From contig CAVSJB010000004.1 of NCBI GenBank assembly GCA_963728255.1, forward strand, positions 818,307 through 882,306: a DNA stretch of 64,000 nucleotides. Reading direction: 5' to 3'. Both the position numbers and the translations under genes were made by a program. Positions 41,237 through 52,417 of this stretch are shown here, in pieces. Positions within the stretch are counted from its first letter, which is position 1; each line of letters begins with the position of its first letter. The notes under the pieces were generated by a model. It was not told the origin of the DNA. It did no database searches and was given only the letters and a program-made list of their open reading frames with translations. This DNA comes from an uncultured Alphaproteobacteria bacterium. Its GTDB lineage: Bacteria > Pseudomonadota > Alphaproteobacteria > Rhodobacterales > Rhodobacteraceae.

Positions 41237-41588
41237 TCACTCCTCGACGAGGCGGAACGGGTGCAGCCCATCGCGCCAGCTTTCGGTCCGGGCACGGATG
41301 ACGTCGCCGTCGCCGTGGATCAGCACCGTCTCGAGGCCCGGACCCTCGATCGGTTCACCGACGACGAGCGGCCCGCCGCTCGGGCCGGGGTTGTCATGAA
41401 GGGTGCAGGCGAAGCCCAATGCCTCGAGCCGGGGGCGCATCGCGTCGGCGAGGTGGCGAGCGGGCTCGCCCCGCTTCGTCGGGCCCTGCCTCTCGGTCTC
41501 GAACGCGACGAGGGCGGCAAGTTCACCCCGGAAATCGCCCTCGTCGAAATGGCCTTCGGCCTCAGCGATGGCGGTTCTCGGTGGTCAT
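41237..41588 (-). pseudogene. M20 metallopeptidase N-terminal fragment cut by IS3-A
   Basis: ELAALVAFETE...LEALGF...TVLIHGDGDV...WRDGLHPF, ending exactly at the IS terminus. Confidence 0.75.
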
Positions 41589-41817
41589 CTCGTCTCCTGT
41601 GTTGCGGCGGCGTGACGTCATGTCGGGCGAAGGCAGGCCGCCAGCCGGGACTGCGCCCCGTAGACGTCTGGACTTCCGTAGCCCATCACGGTTTGTGACG
41701 CAGGGGCGCATTTGCGCCGGGTGGCCCGATCGGACCGCTTTGCTCCACGAGCAACCCGTATTCGCGGCAGACGGCCGGCTCGGCCGGCCGTTCCGCCGCC
41801 CGACGAAAGGATACCGC

Positions 41818-43233
41818 ATGAGAAACGCCGACCCGGTCTGGGATCTTGCCGAAGCGAAGCGCGAGGAGTTCACCGGCCTCGCCGACCGTATCTTCGATGC
41901 GCCCGAGATCGCCTTTACAGAGCGCTGTGCCGTCGCCGAGCACGCCGAGATGCTGCGCCGGCAGGGCTTTCGTGTCACCGAGGCCGCGGCGGGCATCCCG
42001 ACCGCGGTGATCGGCGAATGGGGCGAGGACGGGCCGGTCATCGCGATCCTCGGCGAATACGATGCGCTGCCGGCGCTCAGCCAGAAGGCCGGCGCGACGA
42101 CGCACGATCCGGTCGAGGCGAACGGCCCGGGCCACGGCTGCGGGCACAATCTGCTCGGCGGCGCCGCAATCCTCGCCGCGACGGCGGTGCGCGATTGGCT
42201 CGAGGCCAAGGGCATCCCCGGGCGGGTGCGCTACTACGGCTGCCCGGCCGAGGAGGGCGGCGCGGCCAAGACGTACATGGTGCGCGACGGCCTCTTCGAT
42301 GACGTGGACGCGGCGATCACCTGGCACCCACAATGCTACACGGCGGTGGACGATGCGCGCTCGCTCGCCAACACGCGGATCGACTTCGTCTTCCACGGCA
42401 AGGCGGCGCATGCGGCTGGGGCACCGGAATTGGGGCGCAGCGCCCTCGACGCGGTGGAGCTGATGAATGTCGGGGTGAACTACCTGCGGGAGCACATGCC
42501 GGACGAAGCGCGGGTGCACTACGCCTATCTTGACGCGGGTGGCATCGCGCCCAACGTGGTGCCAGCGCGGGCGACGGTGCGGCAGCTGATCCGTGCGGGC
42601 AGCCTCGCCGACCTCGCCGACCTGGTGGAGCGGGTGCGGGCGATCGCCGACGGCGCGGCGCTGATGACCGGGACCCGGGTCGAGAGCCGGGTGCATTCGG
42701 CGGTGTCGAACCTCGTCGGCAACCGGCCGCTCGAGGAGGCGATGCAGCGCCAGCTCGACGCCCTGGGGCCGGTGCCGTTCGATGCGGCCGACAGGGACTT
42801 CGCGGAGCAGATCCGGGCGACGCTGTCGAAGAACGACATCACCGCGTCGTTCCGGCAGATGGGGCAGAAGCCTGACTATGACCTTCCGCTTTGCGACTTC
42901 GTGGCGCCTCTCGACCGGCCGGTCCGGGGCGGCCTCGGCTCGACCGACGTGGGCGATGTCAGCTGGGCGGTGCCGACGGTGCAGGCCCGCGTCGCCACCT
43001 GCGCGATCGGCACCCCACTGCACACATGGCAGATGACGGCGCAGGGCAAGGCGCCGGCCGCACACAAGGGGATGGTGCACGCCGCCAAGGCAATGGCGGG
43101 CCTGACTCGCGCGTTGATCCAGGACGAGCGTCTGCGCGCGGCGGCAAAGCATGACCACGCAGCGCGTCTTGCCTGTGCGCCCTACGCGTGCCCGATCCCG
43201 AGCGACGTGCGCCCGCCGATCGCGGCCGAGTGA
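41818..43233 (+). CDS. M20 amidohydrolase (AbgB-like)
   Basis: LGEYDALP, GHGCGHNLLG, GCPAEEGG, AAHA, GSTDVGDVSW. Confidence 0.9.
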   Translation: MRNADPVWDLAEAKREEFTGLADRIFDAPEIAFTERCAVAEHAEMLRRQGFRVTEAAAGIPTAVIGEWGEDGPVIAILGEYDALPALSQKAGATTHDPVEANGPGHGCGHNLLGGAAILAATAVRDWLEAKGIPGRVRYYGCPAEEGGAAKTYMVRDGLFDDVDAAITWHPQCYTAVDDARSLANTRIDFVFHGKAAHAAGAPELGRSALDAVELMNVGVNYLREHMPDEARVHYAYLDAGGIAPNVVPARATVRQLIRAGSLADLADLVERVRAIADGAALMTGTRVESRVHSAVSNLVGNRPLEEAMQRQLDALGPVPFDAADRDFAEQIRATLSKNDITASFRQMGQKPDYDLPLCDFVAPLDRPVRGGLGSTDVGDVSWAVPTVQARVATCAIGTPLHTWQMTAQGKAPAAHKGMVHAAKAMAGLTRALIQDERLRAAAKHDHAARLACAPYACPIPSDVRPPIAAE

Positions 43234-43271
43234 GCCCGGCGCCGCGCCCCCTTGCGGCGCGGCAGCGGCCG

Positions 43272-44435
43272 TCAGTCCTGCCTCTCGGCCCAGTCGGCCA
43301 GGCGCGCGAGGAATCCATCGCACGCCTCGAGCTCGGCGGCCTCGACATATTCGTCCGCCTTGTGCGCCTGTTCGATCGAGCCGGGCCCGCAGATGATCGT
43401 CGGCACGCCCAGCATCTCGTGGAACCGCCCGCCCTCGGTGCCGTAGGCGACCTTGCCGTGACCGTTGCTGCCGGCAAACCGCTTGGCGAGCGTCGTGACG
43501 CCGGCGTCGGGCGCGGTGTCGAGGCCGGGGAACTGGGCATAGACCTCGATCTCGATACCCGCCTCGGGCGCGATGCGCTTCATCTCGGACTCAAGCTCGC
43601 CGGCATAGGCGCGCAGCTCCTCGACGAGGGCGTCGGCGTCCTCGAAAGGCAGCACCCGGAACTCGCAATCTATGGTGCAGAGGTCCGGCACGATGTTGAG
43701 TGCCGTGCCGCCCGCGATGACGCCGGTATGCGCGGTCGTGTGCGGAACGTCGTAGGCCTCGTCGCGCCCGCCCTCGGCCGCGAGACGGTGGGCGAACTCG
43801 CGCATCTTCACGACCAGCAGCGCAGCATAGTCGACCGCGTTGACGCCCTGCGGCGCGAGCGACGAGTGGCAGCCGCGGCCGCGCACCGTCACGCGCATCG
43901 ACCGCTTGGCCTTGTGGCCGAGCGTAACCTGCATCAGCGTCGGCTCGCCGACGATGCAGAAGGCGGGCCGGACCGGCTCGGACTGCAGCGCCTCGAGCAG
44001 GCGAACGACGCCGACGCAGCCCACCTCCTCGTCATAAGAGAAGGCGAGATGGACGGGGCGCGCGAAGTTGCGTTTCACGAGGTCCGGCACCGCCGCCAGC
44101 GCACAGGCAATGAAACCCTTCATGTCGCAGGAGCCGCGCCCGTAGAGCCGCCCGTCGCGCGCGTCGAGCCGGAACGGATCGCTCGCCCAGTCCTGTCCGT
44201 CCACGGGGACCGTGTCGGTGTGCCCCGACAGGATGATGCCTGGCCGGTCCGCCGGTCCGATGGTCGCCCATAGGTTCGCCTTCTGCCCGCTCTCGTCATA
44301 GACGCGCCGGCTCGCGACACCATGCTCGGCGAGATACGCCTCGACATGCTCGATCAACTGCAGGTTCGAATTCCGGCTCGTCGTGTCGAATGCCACGAGA
44401 TCCGCGAGGATCTCGCTGCTCTTGAGGACCGGCAT
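43272..44435 (-). CDS. argE: Acetylornithine deacetylase-like M20 enzyme
   Basis: LSGHTDTVP, GRGSCDMKG, SYDEEVGC, GEPT, GTEGG, AHKADE. Confidence 0.87.
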   Translation of the reverse strand: MPVLKSSEILADLVAFDTTSRNSNLQLIEHVEAYLAEHGVASRRVYDESGQKANLWATIGPADRPGIILSGHTDTVPVDGQDWASDPFRLDARDGRLYGRGSCDMKGFIACALAAVPDLVKRNFARPVHLAFSYDEEVGCVGVVRLLEALQSEPVRPAFCIVGEPTLMQVTLGHKAKRSMRVTVRGRGCHSSLAPQGVNAVDYAALLVVKMREFAHRLAAEGGRDEAYDVPHTTAHTGVIAGGTALNIVPDLCTIDCEFRVLPFEDADALVEELRAYAGELESEMKRIAPEAGIEIEVYAQFPGLDTAPDAGVTTLAKRFAGSNGHGKVAYGTEGGRFHEMLGVPTIICGPGSIEQAHKADEYVEAAELEACDGFLARLADWAERQD

Positions 44436-44456
44436 CGTGTCTTCCTTTCGGGCTGT

Positions 44457-45404
44457 TCAGGTAACGGTCGGATAGGCGGAGCGGTCGAGGCTGGCGCGGA
44501 CCGCCTCGATGAAGGCGCGCGTCGCTGCCGAGGGCGGGCGGCTCGAGGCCAGAAGGAAATTGGCGCTGTAGCCGATCACCGGCAGGAACGGGCGCATCTC
44601 GATCCCGCGGCCGAGCTGGTGGACGATCGGGAACGGGTTAACGAGCGAGAAGCCCAGGCCTTCGCGCACGAACTCGCCGGCCGATACTGCGGTCGCCGTC
44701 TCGATCACCACCTTCGGGATGACGCCCGCCCGTTCGAAGACGCGGTCGATGGCGGCCCGGCTCGAGTGACGGCGGGTCATGGCGACGTAGGGCTCGCCCT
44801 CGAGGTCCTCGGCGCGAATAAGGTCCTGTGCGACGAGACGGTGGCGGCTCGGCAGGATGCAGATCGCCTGGCTCGACAGCAAGAGCTCGGAGCGGATGCC
44901 GTCGTGCGACGGCACCGTGTCCGTCAGGCCCACGTCGTTGCGGCCTTCGGCGACCGAGGTCACGAAGCTTTCGCTGGCCAGCACCTCGAAGGTGATGTCG
45001 AGCTCGGGATTGCGCTTGCTGAAGGCGGCGACCCGGCTCGGCAGGAAGCGGTGCGCGATGGTGGGGGGCGCGACGATGCGCAGTTTGCCCTGGTGCCGCT
45101 GGATCTGATCGGAGTGGCTGGCGATGCGCGAGAGGGCGTCGAAGACCGCGCCGAGCTGCTCGCTGATCGAAAGCGCCTCGACCGTGGGAGTGAGCCGCCC
45201 GCCCTCGCGTCGGAAGAGCCGGTAGCCCAGCCGGTCCTCGAGCTGGGCGAGGCGGCGGCTGACGGCGGATTGCGAGATGCCGAGGCTGCGCGCCGCGTTC
45301 ATTGCCGTGCCGGCAAGCACCAGCGCGCGCAACACCTCGAGTTCGCGCAGAGTGATCCCCGCGCGGCGTTCAGGCCCCTCGTCCCCAACCTCCGGCCGTT
45401 GCAT
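44457..45404 (-). CDS. LysR-family transcriptional regulator
   Basis: AARSLGISQSAVSRRLAQLEDRLG..LF.R HTH; divergent from the ABC operon. Confidence 0.93.
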   Translation of the reverse strand: MQRPEVGDEGPERRAGITLRELEVLRALVLAGTAMNAARSLGISQSAVSRRLAQLEDRLGYRLFRREGGRLTPTVEALSISEQLGAVFDALSRIASHSDQIQRHQGKLRIVAPPTIAHRFLPSRVAAFSKRNPELDITFEVLASESFVTSVAEGRNDVGLTDTVPSHDGIRSELLLSSQAICILPSRHRLVAQDLIRAEDLEGEPYVAMTRRHSSRAAIDRVFERAGVIPKVVIETATAVSAGEFVREGLGFSLVNPFPIVHQLGRGIEMRPFLPVIGYSANFLLASSRPPSAATRAFIEAVRASLDRSAYPTVT

Positions 45405-45465
45405 AGCCTATGAGAAACCCGCATAGGAATTCGTCATTGACATTCCGTTAGTGCATAATAGCGTG
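45405..45465. promoter_or_regulatory. Probable LysR-binding dyad and promoter
   Basis: CCTATG...CATAGG inverted repeat followed by TTGACA-N16-TAGCGT in an AT-richer divergent spacer. Confidence 0.45.
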
Positions 45466-45542
45466 CGTGCCAACCGGGATCGGCTGCCGCAGGCGAGCGC
45501 GCTCCCGGAGAACGCGCAGATCGCAACAGGAAGGACATTCTG

Positions 45543-47153
45543 GTGAGAGCACGAACACTTCCGCTTCTCGCGGGCCTCATGGCGTCGGCAGCGGCACCGG
45601 CCCTGGCACAGGACCTCTCGATCGGCCTCAAGTCCGAAGCGACGTCGATGGACCCGAGCTTCCACCAGCTCTCGACCAACACGCAGGTGCTGCTCAACGT
45701 CTTCGAGTCGCTGACCAAGCAGGACGCGGTGCAGCGCGTCGAGCCGTCGCTGGCGACCGAGTGGGAGGCGACCGACGACACCACCTGGCGCTTCACGCTG
45801 CGCGAGGGCGTCAAGTTTCATGACGGCACCGACTTCACCGCGAAGGACGTGATCTACACCTACTGCCGCGTGCCGCTGGTCGAGAACTCGCCGTCGTCGT
45901 TCACGATCTACACCGGCACTATCGCCGACATGCGGGCCGAGGACGATCACACGCTGATCATCGAGACCAAGGCGCCGCACCCGCTGCTCCCGACCGAGAT
46001 CGCGCAGCTGCCGATCGTCTCGGCCGAGACGCTGGGCGCCGAGGGCGAGATCACCTACGGCCGGGACGGCACCTGCGAGGGGATGGGCGACGTGCCGCAA
46101 TCGGCGGCCTTCAGCTCGCCCGACGTCGCCGTCGGCACCGGTCCCTACCAGCTCGACAGCTACACCCGCGGCACCGAACTGGTGCTGAACCGCTTCGACG
46201 ACTACTGGGGCGGCACCCCGGAGTGGGAGCAGGTGACGATGCGCCCGATTACCAGCGACGGGCCGCGCGTGGCCGCCCTGCTGGCCGGTGACGTCGACAT
46301 GATCGAGTCGCCGCCGATCCAGGACATCCCGCGGATCACCGATGCGGGGTTCAAGGTCGTCGACGCGCTGTCGAACCGGATCATCTACCTTCACATGGAC
46401 CAGGAGGGCGAGGCGCCGGGCATCAGCGGCACCGATGGCGAGAACCCGCTGCTCGACGCCCGGGTGCGCGAGGCCATCTCGCTCGCGATCAACCGCGACG
46501 CCATCGCCGAACGCATCATGGGCGGCTACGCGCAGCCCGCGGGCGAGCTCCTGCCGCCACCGATGTTCGGCACGACGGAGCGTCCGGTCGACCCCTACGA
46601 TCCCGAGCGCGCGAAGGAGCTGCTGGCCGAGGCAGGCTATCCGGACGGCTTCGAGATGACCCTCGGCACGCCGAACGACCGCTACATCAACGATGAGCAG
46701 GTGGCGCAAGCGGTCGCCCAGATGCTGGCGCAGATCGGCATCACGGTGAATGTCGACGCCAGCACCGCGAGTCAGTTCTTCTCGCGCCGCAACAATCTCG
46801 AGTTCCCGATGTACATGGCGGGCTGGGGCGCATCCTCGGGCGAAATGTCGTCGCCGCTGAAGTCGCTCGTGGCCACTTACGATGCCGAGACGGGGATGGG
46901 TCCGACCAACGCCGGCCGCTACTCGAACCCCGAGATGGACGAGGTCCTGATCGAGGCGATGTCGACCATTGACGACGAGGCGCGCGACGAGCTGCTGCAG
47001 CAGGCGGCGAACATCGTTCTGAACGACTACGGCATCATACCGCTGCACTACGAGCAGACGGTCTGGGCGATGAAGCCCGAGCTCGACTACGAGCCGCGGG
47101 TCGACCAGTATACGATGGCGCGTGAGGTCAAGCCAGCCGAAGGCGCCAACTGA
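45543..47153 (+). CDS. Peptide/nickel ABC substrate-binding protein (family 5)
   Basis: Signal peptide; EPSLATEW...FTLREGVKFHDGT; GTGPY. Confidence 0.93.
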   Translation: MRARTLPLLAGLMASAAAPALAQDLSIGLKSEATSMDPSFHQLSTNTQVLLNVFESLTKQDAVQRVEPSLATEWEATDDTTWRFTLREGVKFHDGTDFTAKDVIYTYCRVPLVENSPSSFTIYTGTIADMRAEDDHTLIIETKAPHPLLPTEIAQLPIVSAETLGAEGEITYGRDGTCEGMGDVPQSAAFSSPDVAVGTGPYQLDSYTRGTELVLNRFDDYWGGTPEWEQVTMRPITSDGPRVAALLAGDVDMIESPPIQDIPRITDAGFKVVDALSNRIIYLHMDQEGEAPGISGTDGENPLLDARVREAISLAINRDAIAERIMGGYAQPAGELLPPPMFGTTERPVDPYDPERAKELLAEAGYPDGFEMTLGTPNDRYINDEQVAQAVAQMLAQIGITVNVDASTASQFFSRRNNLEFPMYMAGWGASSGEMSSPLKSLVATYDAETGMGPTNAGRYSNPEMDEVLIEAMSTIDDEARDELLQQAANIVLNDYGIIPLHYEQTVWAMKPELDYEPRVDQYTMAREVKPAEGAN

Positions 47154-47158
47154 TCGCC

Positions 47159-47192
47159 GGCCCGGCGCCCGCCACGTAACGGGCGCCGGGCC
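47159..47192 (+). terminator. GC hairpin after the SBP gene (mRNA stabiliser or partial terminator)
   Basis: GGCCCGGCGCCCG...CGGGCGCCGGGCC. Confidence 0.5.
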
Positions 47193-47246
47193 TTGACCGG
47201 CCAGACGCCGCGCCGATAGCGCGGCCTCCAGCATCCGGAGAGCGGG

Positions 47247-48224
47247 ATGATCGTCTATCTCGTGCGCCGTTTGGGCCAGAGCCTGCTTGCCATCGCGGCG
47301 ATGGCAGTCCTGGTGTTCCTCGGCGTCTATGCCATCGGCAACCCTGTCGACATCCTGATCAGCCCCGAGGCGACCCAGGCGGACATCATCGCCACGACCG
47401 AGCGGCTGGGCCTCGACAAGCCGCTCTACGAGCAGTTCGGCATCTTCGTCTGGAACGCGGTGCAGGGCGATCTCGGCGACAGCTTCGTCTACGGCCGCTC
47501 AGCCCTCGAGATCATTCTCGAACGGCTGCCGGCGACGATGGAGCTCGCCATGGTCGCGCTGATCATCTCGGTGGGCTTCGGCGTGCCGCTGGGTGTCTGG
47601 GCGGGGCTCAGGCCCGACAGCATCGCGGGACGGACGATCATGGGCGGGTCGATCCTCGGTTTCTCGCTGCCGAACTTCTGGCAGGGGATGCTGCTGATCC
47701 TCGTCTTTGCGGTTCTGCTGGGCTGGCTGCCCGCAGGCGGGCGCGGCGAGACGACCGAGTTCCTGGGCGTGCGGGTCAGCTTCCTGACGCTCGACGGGCT
47801 CTCGCACCTGATCCTGCCGGCCATCAACCTTGCGCTCTTCAAGATGTCGCTCATCATCCGCCTCGCTCGCGCCAACACGCGCGAGGTGGCGCTGCAGGAC
47901 TACGTCAAGTTCGCCCGCGCCAAAGGCCTATCGACGCGGCGCGTGGTGCTGGTACACATTCTCAAGAACATCATGATCCCGGTCGTCACCATCATCGGGC
48001 TCGAGCTTGGCTCGATGTTGGCCTTCGCAATTGTCACCGAGACGGTGTTCGCCTGGCCCGGCATGGGCAAACTCCTGATCGATTCGATCAACCTGCTCGA
48101 TCGGCCGCTGATCGTGGCGTACCTGATGCTCACGGTCCTCATCATCGTCACGATTAACCTCGTCGTGGACATCATCTACTCGTTGCTCGATCCGCGCATC
48201 CGGCTTTCGGAGATGAAGGGATGA
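47247..48224 (+). CDS. Peptide ABC permease (DppB-like)
   Basis: RLPATMEL, YVKFARAKGL, ETVFAWPGMG, LDPRIR. Confidence 0.93.
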   Translation: MIVYLVRRLGQSLLAIAAMAVLVFLGVYAIGNPVDILISPEATQADIIATTERLGLDKPLYEQFGIFVWNAVQGDLGDSFVYGRSALEIILERLPATMELAMVALIISVGFGVPLGVWAGLRPDSIAGRTIMGGSILGFSLPNFWQGMLLILVFAVLLGWLPAGGRGETTEFLGVRVSFLTLDGLSHLILPAINLALFKMSLIIRLARANTREVALQDYVKFARAKGLSTRRVVLVHILKNIMIPVVTIIGLELGSMLAFAIVTETVFAWPGMGKLLIDSINLLDRPLIVAYLMLTVLIIVTINLVVDIIYSLLDPRIRLSEMKG

Positions 48225-49153
48225 CCGACCAGTCGATCGCCAGCGACCTCGAGCCGGTCGGTACGCCCGCGCCTGCCAAGGTCCACAGCCCGCTCAAGCG
48301 CGTCACGCGGGAATTCGTCGAGGACCGCGTCGCGGTAGCAGGCCTGTTCCTCATCGGAGCGATTGCGTTCTTTGCCGTTGCCGCGCCCTGGATCGCGCCG
48401 CAGAACCCTTACGACCTCGCGCAGCTCAGCATCCTTGACGGCGGCCTGCCTCCCGGTGAGACGAGCATGAAAGGGGAGGTCTACTGGCTCGGCACCGACC
48501 AGCAGGGCCGCGACATGCTGTCGGCGATCATGTACGGGCTGCGCATCAGCCTCCTTGTCGCCGCGGTCTCGCTCAGCCTCGCCATCACCATCGGCGTCAT
48601 CGTGGGCGTCGCCGCAGCCTATTTCGGTGGCCGGCTCGACTCCTTCATCATGCGGATCGTCGACTTGCAGCTGTCGTTTCCGGCAATCCTGATCGCGCTG
48701 ATCCTGCTGGCGCTGTTGGGCCGGGGCGTTGACAAGGTGATCCTGGCGCTCGTCATCGTGCAATGGGCCTACTACGCGCGCACGGTGCGCAGTTCGGCCA
48801 TCGTGGAGCGCGGTAAGGACTACATCGACGCGGCGCGCTGTCTGGCGCTGTCGCACCGGCGGATCATGTTCCGGCACCTGCTGCCGAACTGCGTGCCGCC
48901 GTTGATCGTGGTCGCGACGGTGCAGATCGCCCAGGCCATCGCGCTCGAGGCGACGCTGTCGTTCCTGGGCGTCGGCGTGCCGATTACAGAGCCGTCGCTG
49001 GGCCTGCTGATCGCCAATGGCTACGACTACCTGCTGTCGGGGCGATACTGGGTCAGCCTGTTTCCCGGCATCGCGCTGGTGCTCACGATCATTGCCATCA
49101 ACCTCGTCGGCGACCGGCTGCGCGACGTCCTCAACCCGCGGCTCTCGACATGA
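48221..49153 (+). CDS. Peptide ABC permease (DppC-like)
   Basis: LGTDQQGRD, YIDAARCL, HLLPN, GDRLRD. Confidence 0.93.
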   Translation: MTDQSIASDLEPVGTPAPAKVHSPLKRVTREFVEDRVAVAGLFLIGAIAFFAVAAPWIAPQNPYDLAQLSILDGGLPPGETSMKGEVYWLGTDQQGRDMLSAIMYGLRISLLVAAVSLSLAITIGVIVGVAAAYFGGRLDSFIMRIVDLQLSFPAILIALILLALLGRGVDKVILALVIVQWAYYARTVRSSAIVERGKDYIDAARCLALSHRRIMFRHLLPNCVPPLIVVATVQIAQAIALEATLSFLGVGVPITEPSLGLLIANGYDYLLSGRYWVSLFPGIALVLTIIAINLVGDRLRDVLNPRLST

Positions 49154-50133
49154 GCAAGCTTCTGGAAGTCCGCGACCTGCAAACTCACTTCTTCACCCGC
49201 GACGGCGTGGCCAGGGCGGTGGACGGCGTCAGCTTCTCGCTCGACCGGGGCGAGATCCTGGGCCTCGTGGGCGAGAGCGGGTCGGGCAAGTCTGTCACCG
49301 GCTTTTCGATTCTCGGCCTCGTCGACCCGCCGGGGCGCGTCGTTTCGGGGCAGATCGTCTTCGACGGCGAGGATCTGGTCACCGCGGGCGAGCAGGCGCT
49401 GCGGCATCTGCGCGGCAAGCGCATCGCGATGATCTTCCAGGACCCGATGATGACGCTGAACCCGGTCCTGCGCATCGACACCCAGATGATCGAGGCGGTG
49501 CAGGCGCACGAGAAGGTTTCACGCGAGGAGGCGCTGCGCCGGTCGCGCGAGGCGCTGGTTTCGGTCGGAATATCGTCGCCCGACGAGCGGCTCGAGAGCT
49601 ACCCGCACCAGTTCTCGGGCGGGATGCGCCAGCGCGTCGCCATCGCGATCGCGCTGCTGCACAAGCCCGACCTCATCATCGCGGACGAGCCCACCACTGC
49701 GCTCGACGTCACCATCCAGGCGCAGATCCTGGCCGAGGTGCAGGCGCTCTGCGCCAAGTCCGGGACCGCGCTGATCTGGATCACCCACGACCTCGCCGTC
49801 GTCTCGGGCCTCGCAGACCGCCTCGCCGTCATGTACGCGGGCCGCATCATCGAGGAGGGGGCCACCGCCCCGGTCATCGGCCACCCGATGCACCCCTACA
49901 CCCGCGGCCTGATCGACAGCGTCCCCCAGGGCAAGCGCCACGGCGCGCTGCTGTGCCAGATCAAGGGCATGACCCCCTCCCTCCTCCGCCTGCCGCAGGG
50001 CTGCAAGTTCCGTCCACGCTGTCCGCGCGCCGACGATGCGTGCATCCCCGAGCCGCCGCTCGGCCCTGTCGCCCCAGGCCGCAACGTCCGCTGCGTGCAC
50101 CCCCATCTTCAAGAGGAACCCGCCGCCTCGTGA
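49150..50133 (+). CDS. Peptide ABC ATPase (DppD-like)
   Basis: [29 protein letters not shown]-terminal Cys cluster. Confidence 0.93.
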   Translation: MSKLLEVRDLQTHFFTRDGVARAVDGVSFSLDRGEILGLVGESGSGKSVTGFSILGLVDPPGRVVSGQIVFDGEDLVTAGEQALRHLRGKRIAMIFQDPMMTLNPVLRIDTQMIEAVQAHEKVSREEALRRSREALVSVGISSPDERLESYPHQFSGGMRQRVAIAIALLHKPDLIIADEPTTALDVTIQAQILAEVQALCAKSGTALIWITHDLAVVSGLADRLAVMYAGRIIEEGATAPVIGHPMHPYTRGLIDSVPQGKRHGALLCQIKGMTPSLLRLPQGCKFRPRCPRADDACIPEPPLGPVAPGRNVRCVHPHLQEEPAAS

Positions 50134-51146
50134 CCACCCCCGACATCCTCCAGATCGATCACGTCTCCAAGCGCTTCACCAAGGAGCTCGACGCCGCAGA
50201 GCGCACCGCCCGCCTGCTCGGCTCCAAGATCGAGCCGCAGACAGTCCACGCCGTCGACGACGTGAACCTCAGCGTCCGCCGCGGCGAGGTCATGGGCCTC
50301 GTCGGCGAGTCAGGCTGTGGCAAGTCTACCCTGGGCCGCATGGTCGCCGGGCTGCTGAAGCCCTCCGACGGCCGCATCGTCTTCCGCGGCCGCGGCGTCG
50401 CCGGCCTCCGCGGGGACGATGCGCGCGAGGCCGCGCTCAAGATACAGATGGTCTTCCAGGACCCGATGTCGTCGCTCAACCCGCGCCTGCGCGTGCGCGA
50501 GATCGTCGGAGAGGCGCCGAGCGTCCACGGCATTGCCCCCAAGCGCGAGATCGCCGCCTACGTGGACGACATCCTCGAGCAGGTCGGCCTCGATCCCAGC
50601 CTCGCCAAGCGCTACCCTCACCAGTTCTCGGGTGGCCAGCGCGCCCGCATCGGCATCGCCCGCGCCCTCGCCGTCAAGCCCGACTTCATCGTCTGCGATG
50701 AGTCCGTGGCGGCGCTCGACGTCTCGATCCAGGCGCAGATCCTGAACCTCTTCATCCAACTGCGCGACGAGTTCGATCTCACCTACCTCTTCATCAGCCA
50801 CGACCTCGGCGTCGTCGAGCACATATCCGACCGCATCGCGGTCATGTATCTCGGCCGCCTCGTCGAACTCGGCGAGGCCGAGGACTTGCTGCAGCGCCCG
50901 AACCACCCCTACACGCAGGCGCTCGCCGACGAGATCCCGAGCTTCGAAACCCAGAAGAAGGTCTATTCCGGCATCAAGGGCGAGATCCCCTCGCCGCTCC
51001 GCCCGCCGCCCGGCTGCCACTTCCACCCGCGCTGCCCGCACGCACACGAGCGCTGCCGCGTCGAGATCCCCGCACTTCTGGAGGTCGCCCCCGGCCGTCT
51101 CTCCGCCTGCCACCTCAACGACGAGCCGGGACCCGACCCGCGATGA
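50130..51146 (+). CDS. Peptide ABC ATPase (DppF-like)
   Basis: [33 protein letters not shown]. Confidence 0.93.
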   Translation: MTTPDILQIDHVSKRFTKELDAAERTARLLGSKIEPQTVHAVDDVNLSVRRGEVMGLVGESGCGKSTLGRMVAGLLKPSDGRIVFRGRGVAGLRGDDAREAALKIQMVFQDPMSSLNPRLRVREIVGEAPSVHGIAPKREIAAYVDDILEQVGLDPSLAKRYPHQFSGGQRARIGIARALAVKPDFIVCDESVAALDVSIQAQILNLFIQLRDEFDLTYLFISHDLGVVEHISDRIAVMYLGRLVELGEAEDLLQRPNHPYTQALADEIPSFETQKKVYSGIKGEIPSPLRPPPGCHFHPRCPHAHERCRVEIPALLEVAPGRLSACHLNDEPGPDPR

Positions 51147-51153
51147 GCCCCCG

Positions 51154-52365
51154 ATGACGATCGACCGCATCCTGACCGACCCGCGCTTCCGCGCCGCGAC
51201 CGACTACTTGCGCGCCCATCACGACCGTCTGGTCGAAGAGATCATCACTCTGACCGAGATCCCCGCGCCGCCCTTCAAGGAGGAGGCGCGCGCCGCGGCG
51301 GTCGAGCGGATGATGGTGGAAGCCGGCCTCGAGGAGGTCCGCCAAGACGCGATCGGTAACGTCACCGCGCTCCGCCGTGGCACCGGCAACGGCAGCATCG
51401 TCGCCATCGCGGCGCATCTCGACACCGTATTCCCCGAAGGCACCGACGTCACCGTGCGACGGGAGGGCACGCGCCTCTACGCGCCTGGTGTCGGTGACGA
51501 CACGCGCGGTATCGCTGTGCTGCTCACCTACGCCCGCGCCCTCGATGCCGCCGGGGTCGAGACGCAGCACGACATCCTCTTCATCGCCGACGTGGGCGAG
51601 GAAGGAAAAGGTGACCTCCGCGGCATCCGCCACCTCTTTACCGAGGGCGAGTACCGCGACCGCATCTCGGCCTTTTTCACGCTCGACAGCCCGGACATGG
51701 GCGAGCTGGTGACCCGCGCCGTGGGCTCGCGCCGCTACCGCATCACCTTCCGCGGCCCCGGCGGCCACAGCTTCATGGCACACGGCACGGTGAACCCCGC
51801 CTATGCCCTTGCCGAGACTGTCCAGGGCCTGTCGCGTCTCGAGGTCCCGGCCGAGCCGCGCACGACCTTCTGCGCCAGCGTCATCGGCGGCGGCTCATCG
51901 ATCAACGCGATCCCGGAGGAGGTCTGGGTCGAGATCGATCTCCGCTCAGAGAACGCGGGCGAACTCGCACGGCTTGACGCCGAGTTGCACCGGCTGATCG
52001 AGGCGGCGGTCGCGGCCGAGAACGCACGCGGCTCGACCGAGGCTGGCGCGATCATCGCCGAGGCGCATCTCGTCGGAGATCGGCCCGCGGGCCGATCTCC
52101 GACAGACAGCGCCATCGTTACACTATCGGAGGCGGCCCTGCGCGCCTACGGCTTCGAGCCGAAGCACGCCGCGTCATCGACCGACGCCAACATTCCGATG
52201 AGCCTCGGCATCCCGGCGGTCAAGATCGGCACCGGCGGCACGGGTGGGCGCGCCCACTCGCTTGTAGAGTGGATCGACGTCGAGGCCGAATCGAGTCTCC
52301 GCGGCCTTTCTGCGGGCCTCGCCGCGATCCTCGGCATCGCGCAGCTTGCTGGAGCTCAACGCTGA
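51154..52365 (+). CDS. M20/M25/M40 metallo-hydrolase
   Basis: AHLDTVFP, PGVGDD, GEEG, GGHS, STDAN, AHS. Confidence 0.9.
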   Translation: MTIDRILTDPRFRAATDYLRAHHDRLVEEIITLTEIPAPPFKEEARAAAVERMMVEAGLEEVRQDAIGNVTALRRGTGNGSIVAIAAHLDTVFPEGTDVTVRREGTRLYAPGVGDDTRGIAVLLTYARALDAAGVETQHDILFIADVGEEGKGDLRGIRHLFTEGEYRDRISAFFTLDSPDMGELVTRAVGSRRYRITFRGPGGHSFMAHGTVNPAYALAETVQGLSRLEVPAEPRTTFCASVIGGGSSINAIPEEVWVEIDLRSENAGELARLDAELHRLIEAAVAAENARGSTEAGAIIAEAHLVGDRPAGRSPTDSAIVTLSEAALRAYGFEPKHAASSTDANIPMSLGIPAVKIGTGGTGGRAHSLVEWIDVEAESSLRGLSAGLAAILGIAQLAGAQR

Positions 52366-52417
52366 CCTTCTGACGGGCGATGTTCGCTCACAGGCGCTCC
52401 GCGGGCGCGCCACCAGC

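Noticed and set aside
40506-41240. 244-aa ORF as a single transposase
   Set aside because: Chimeric frame crossing the junction of two nested IS3 elements.
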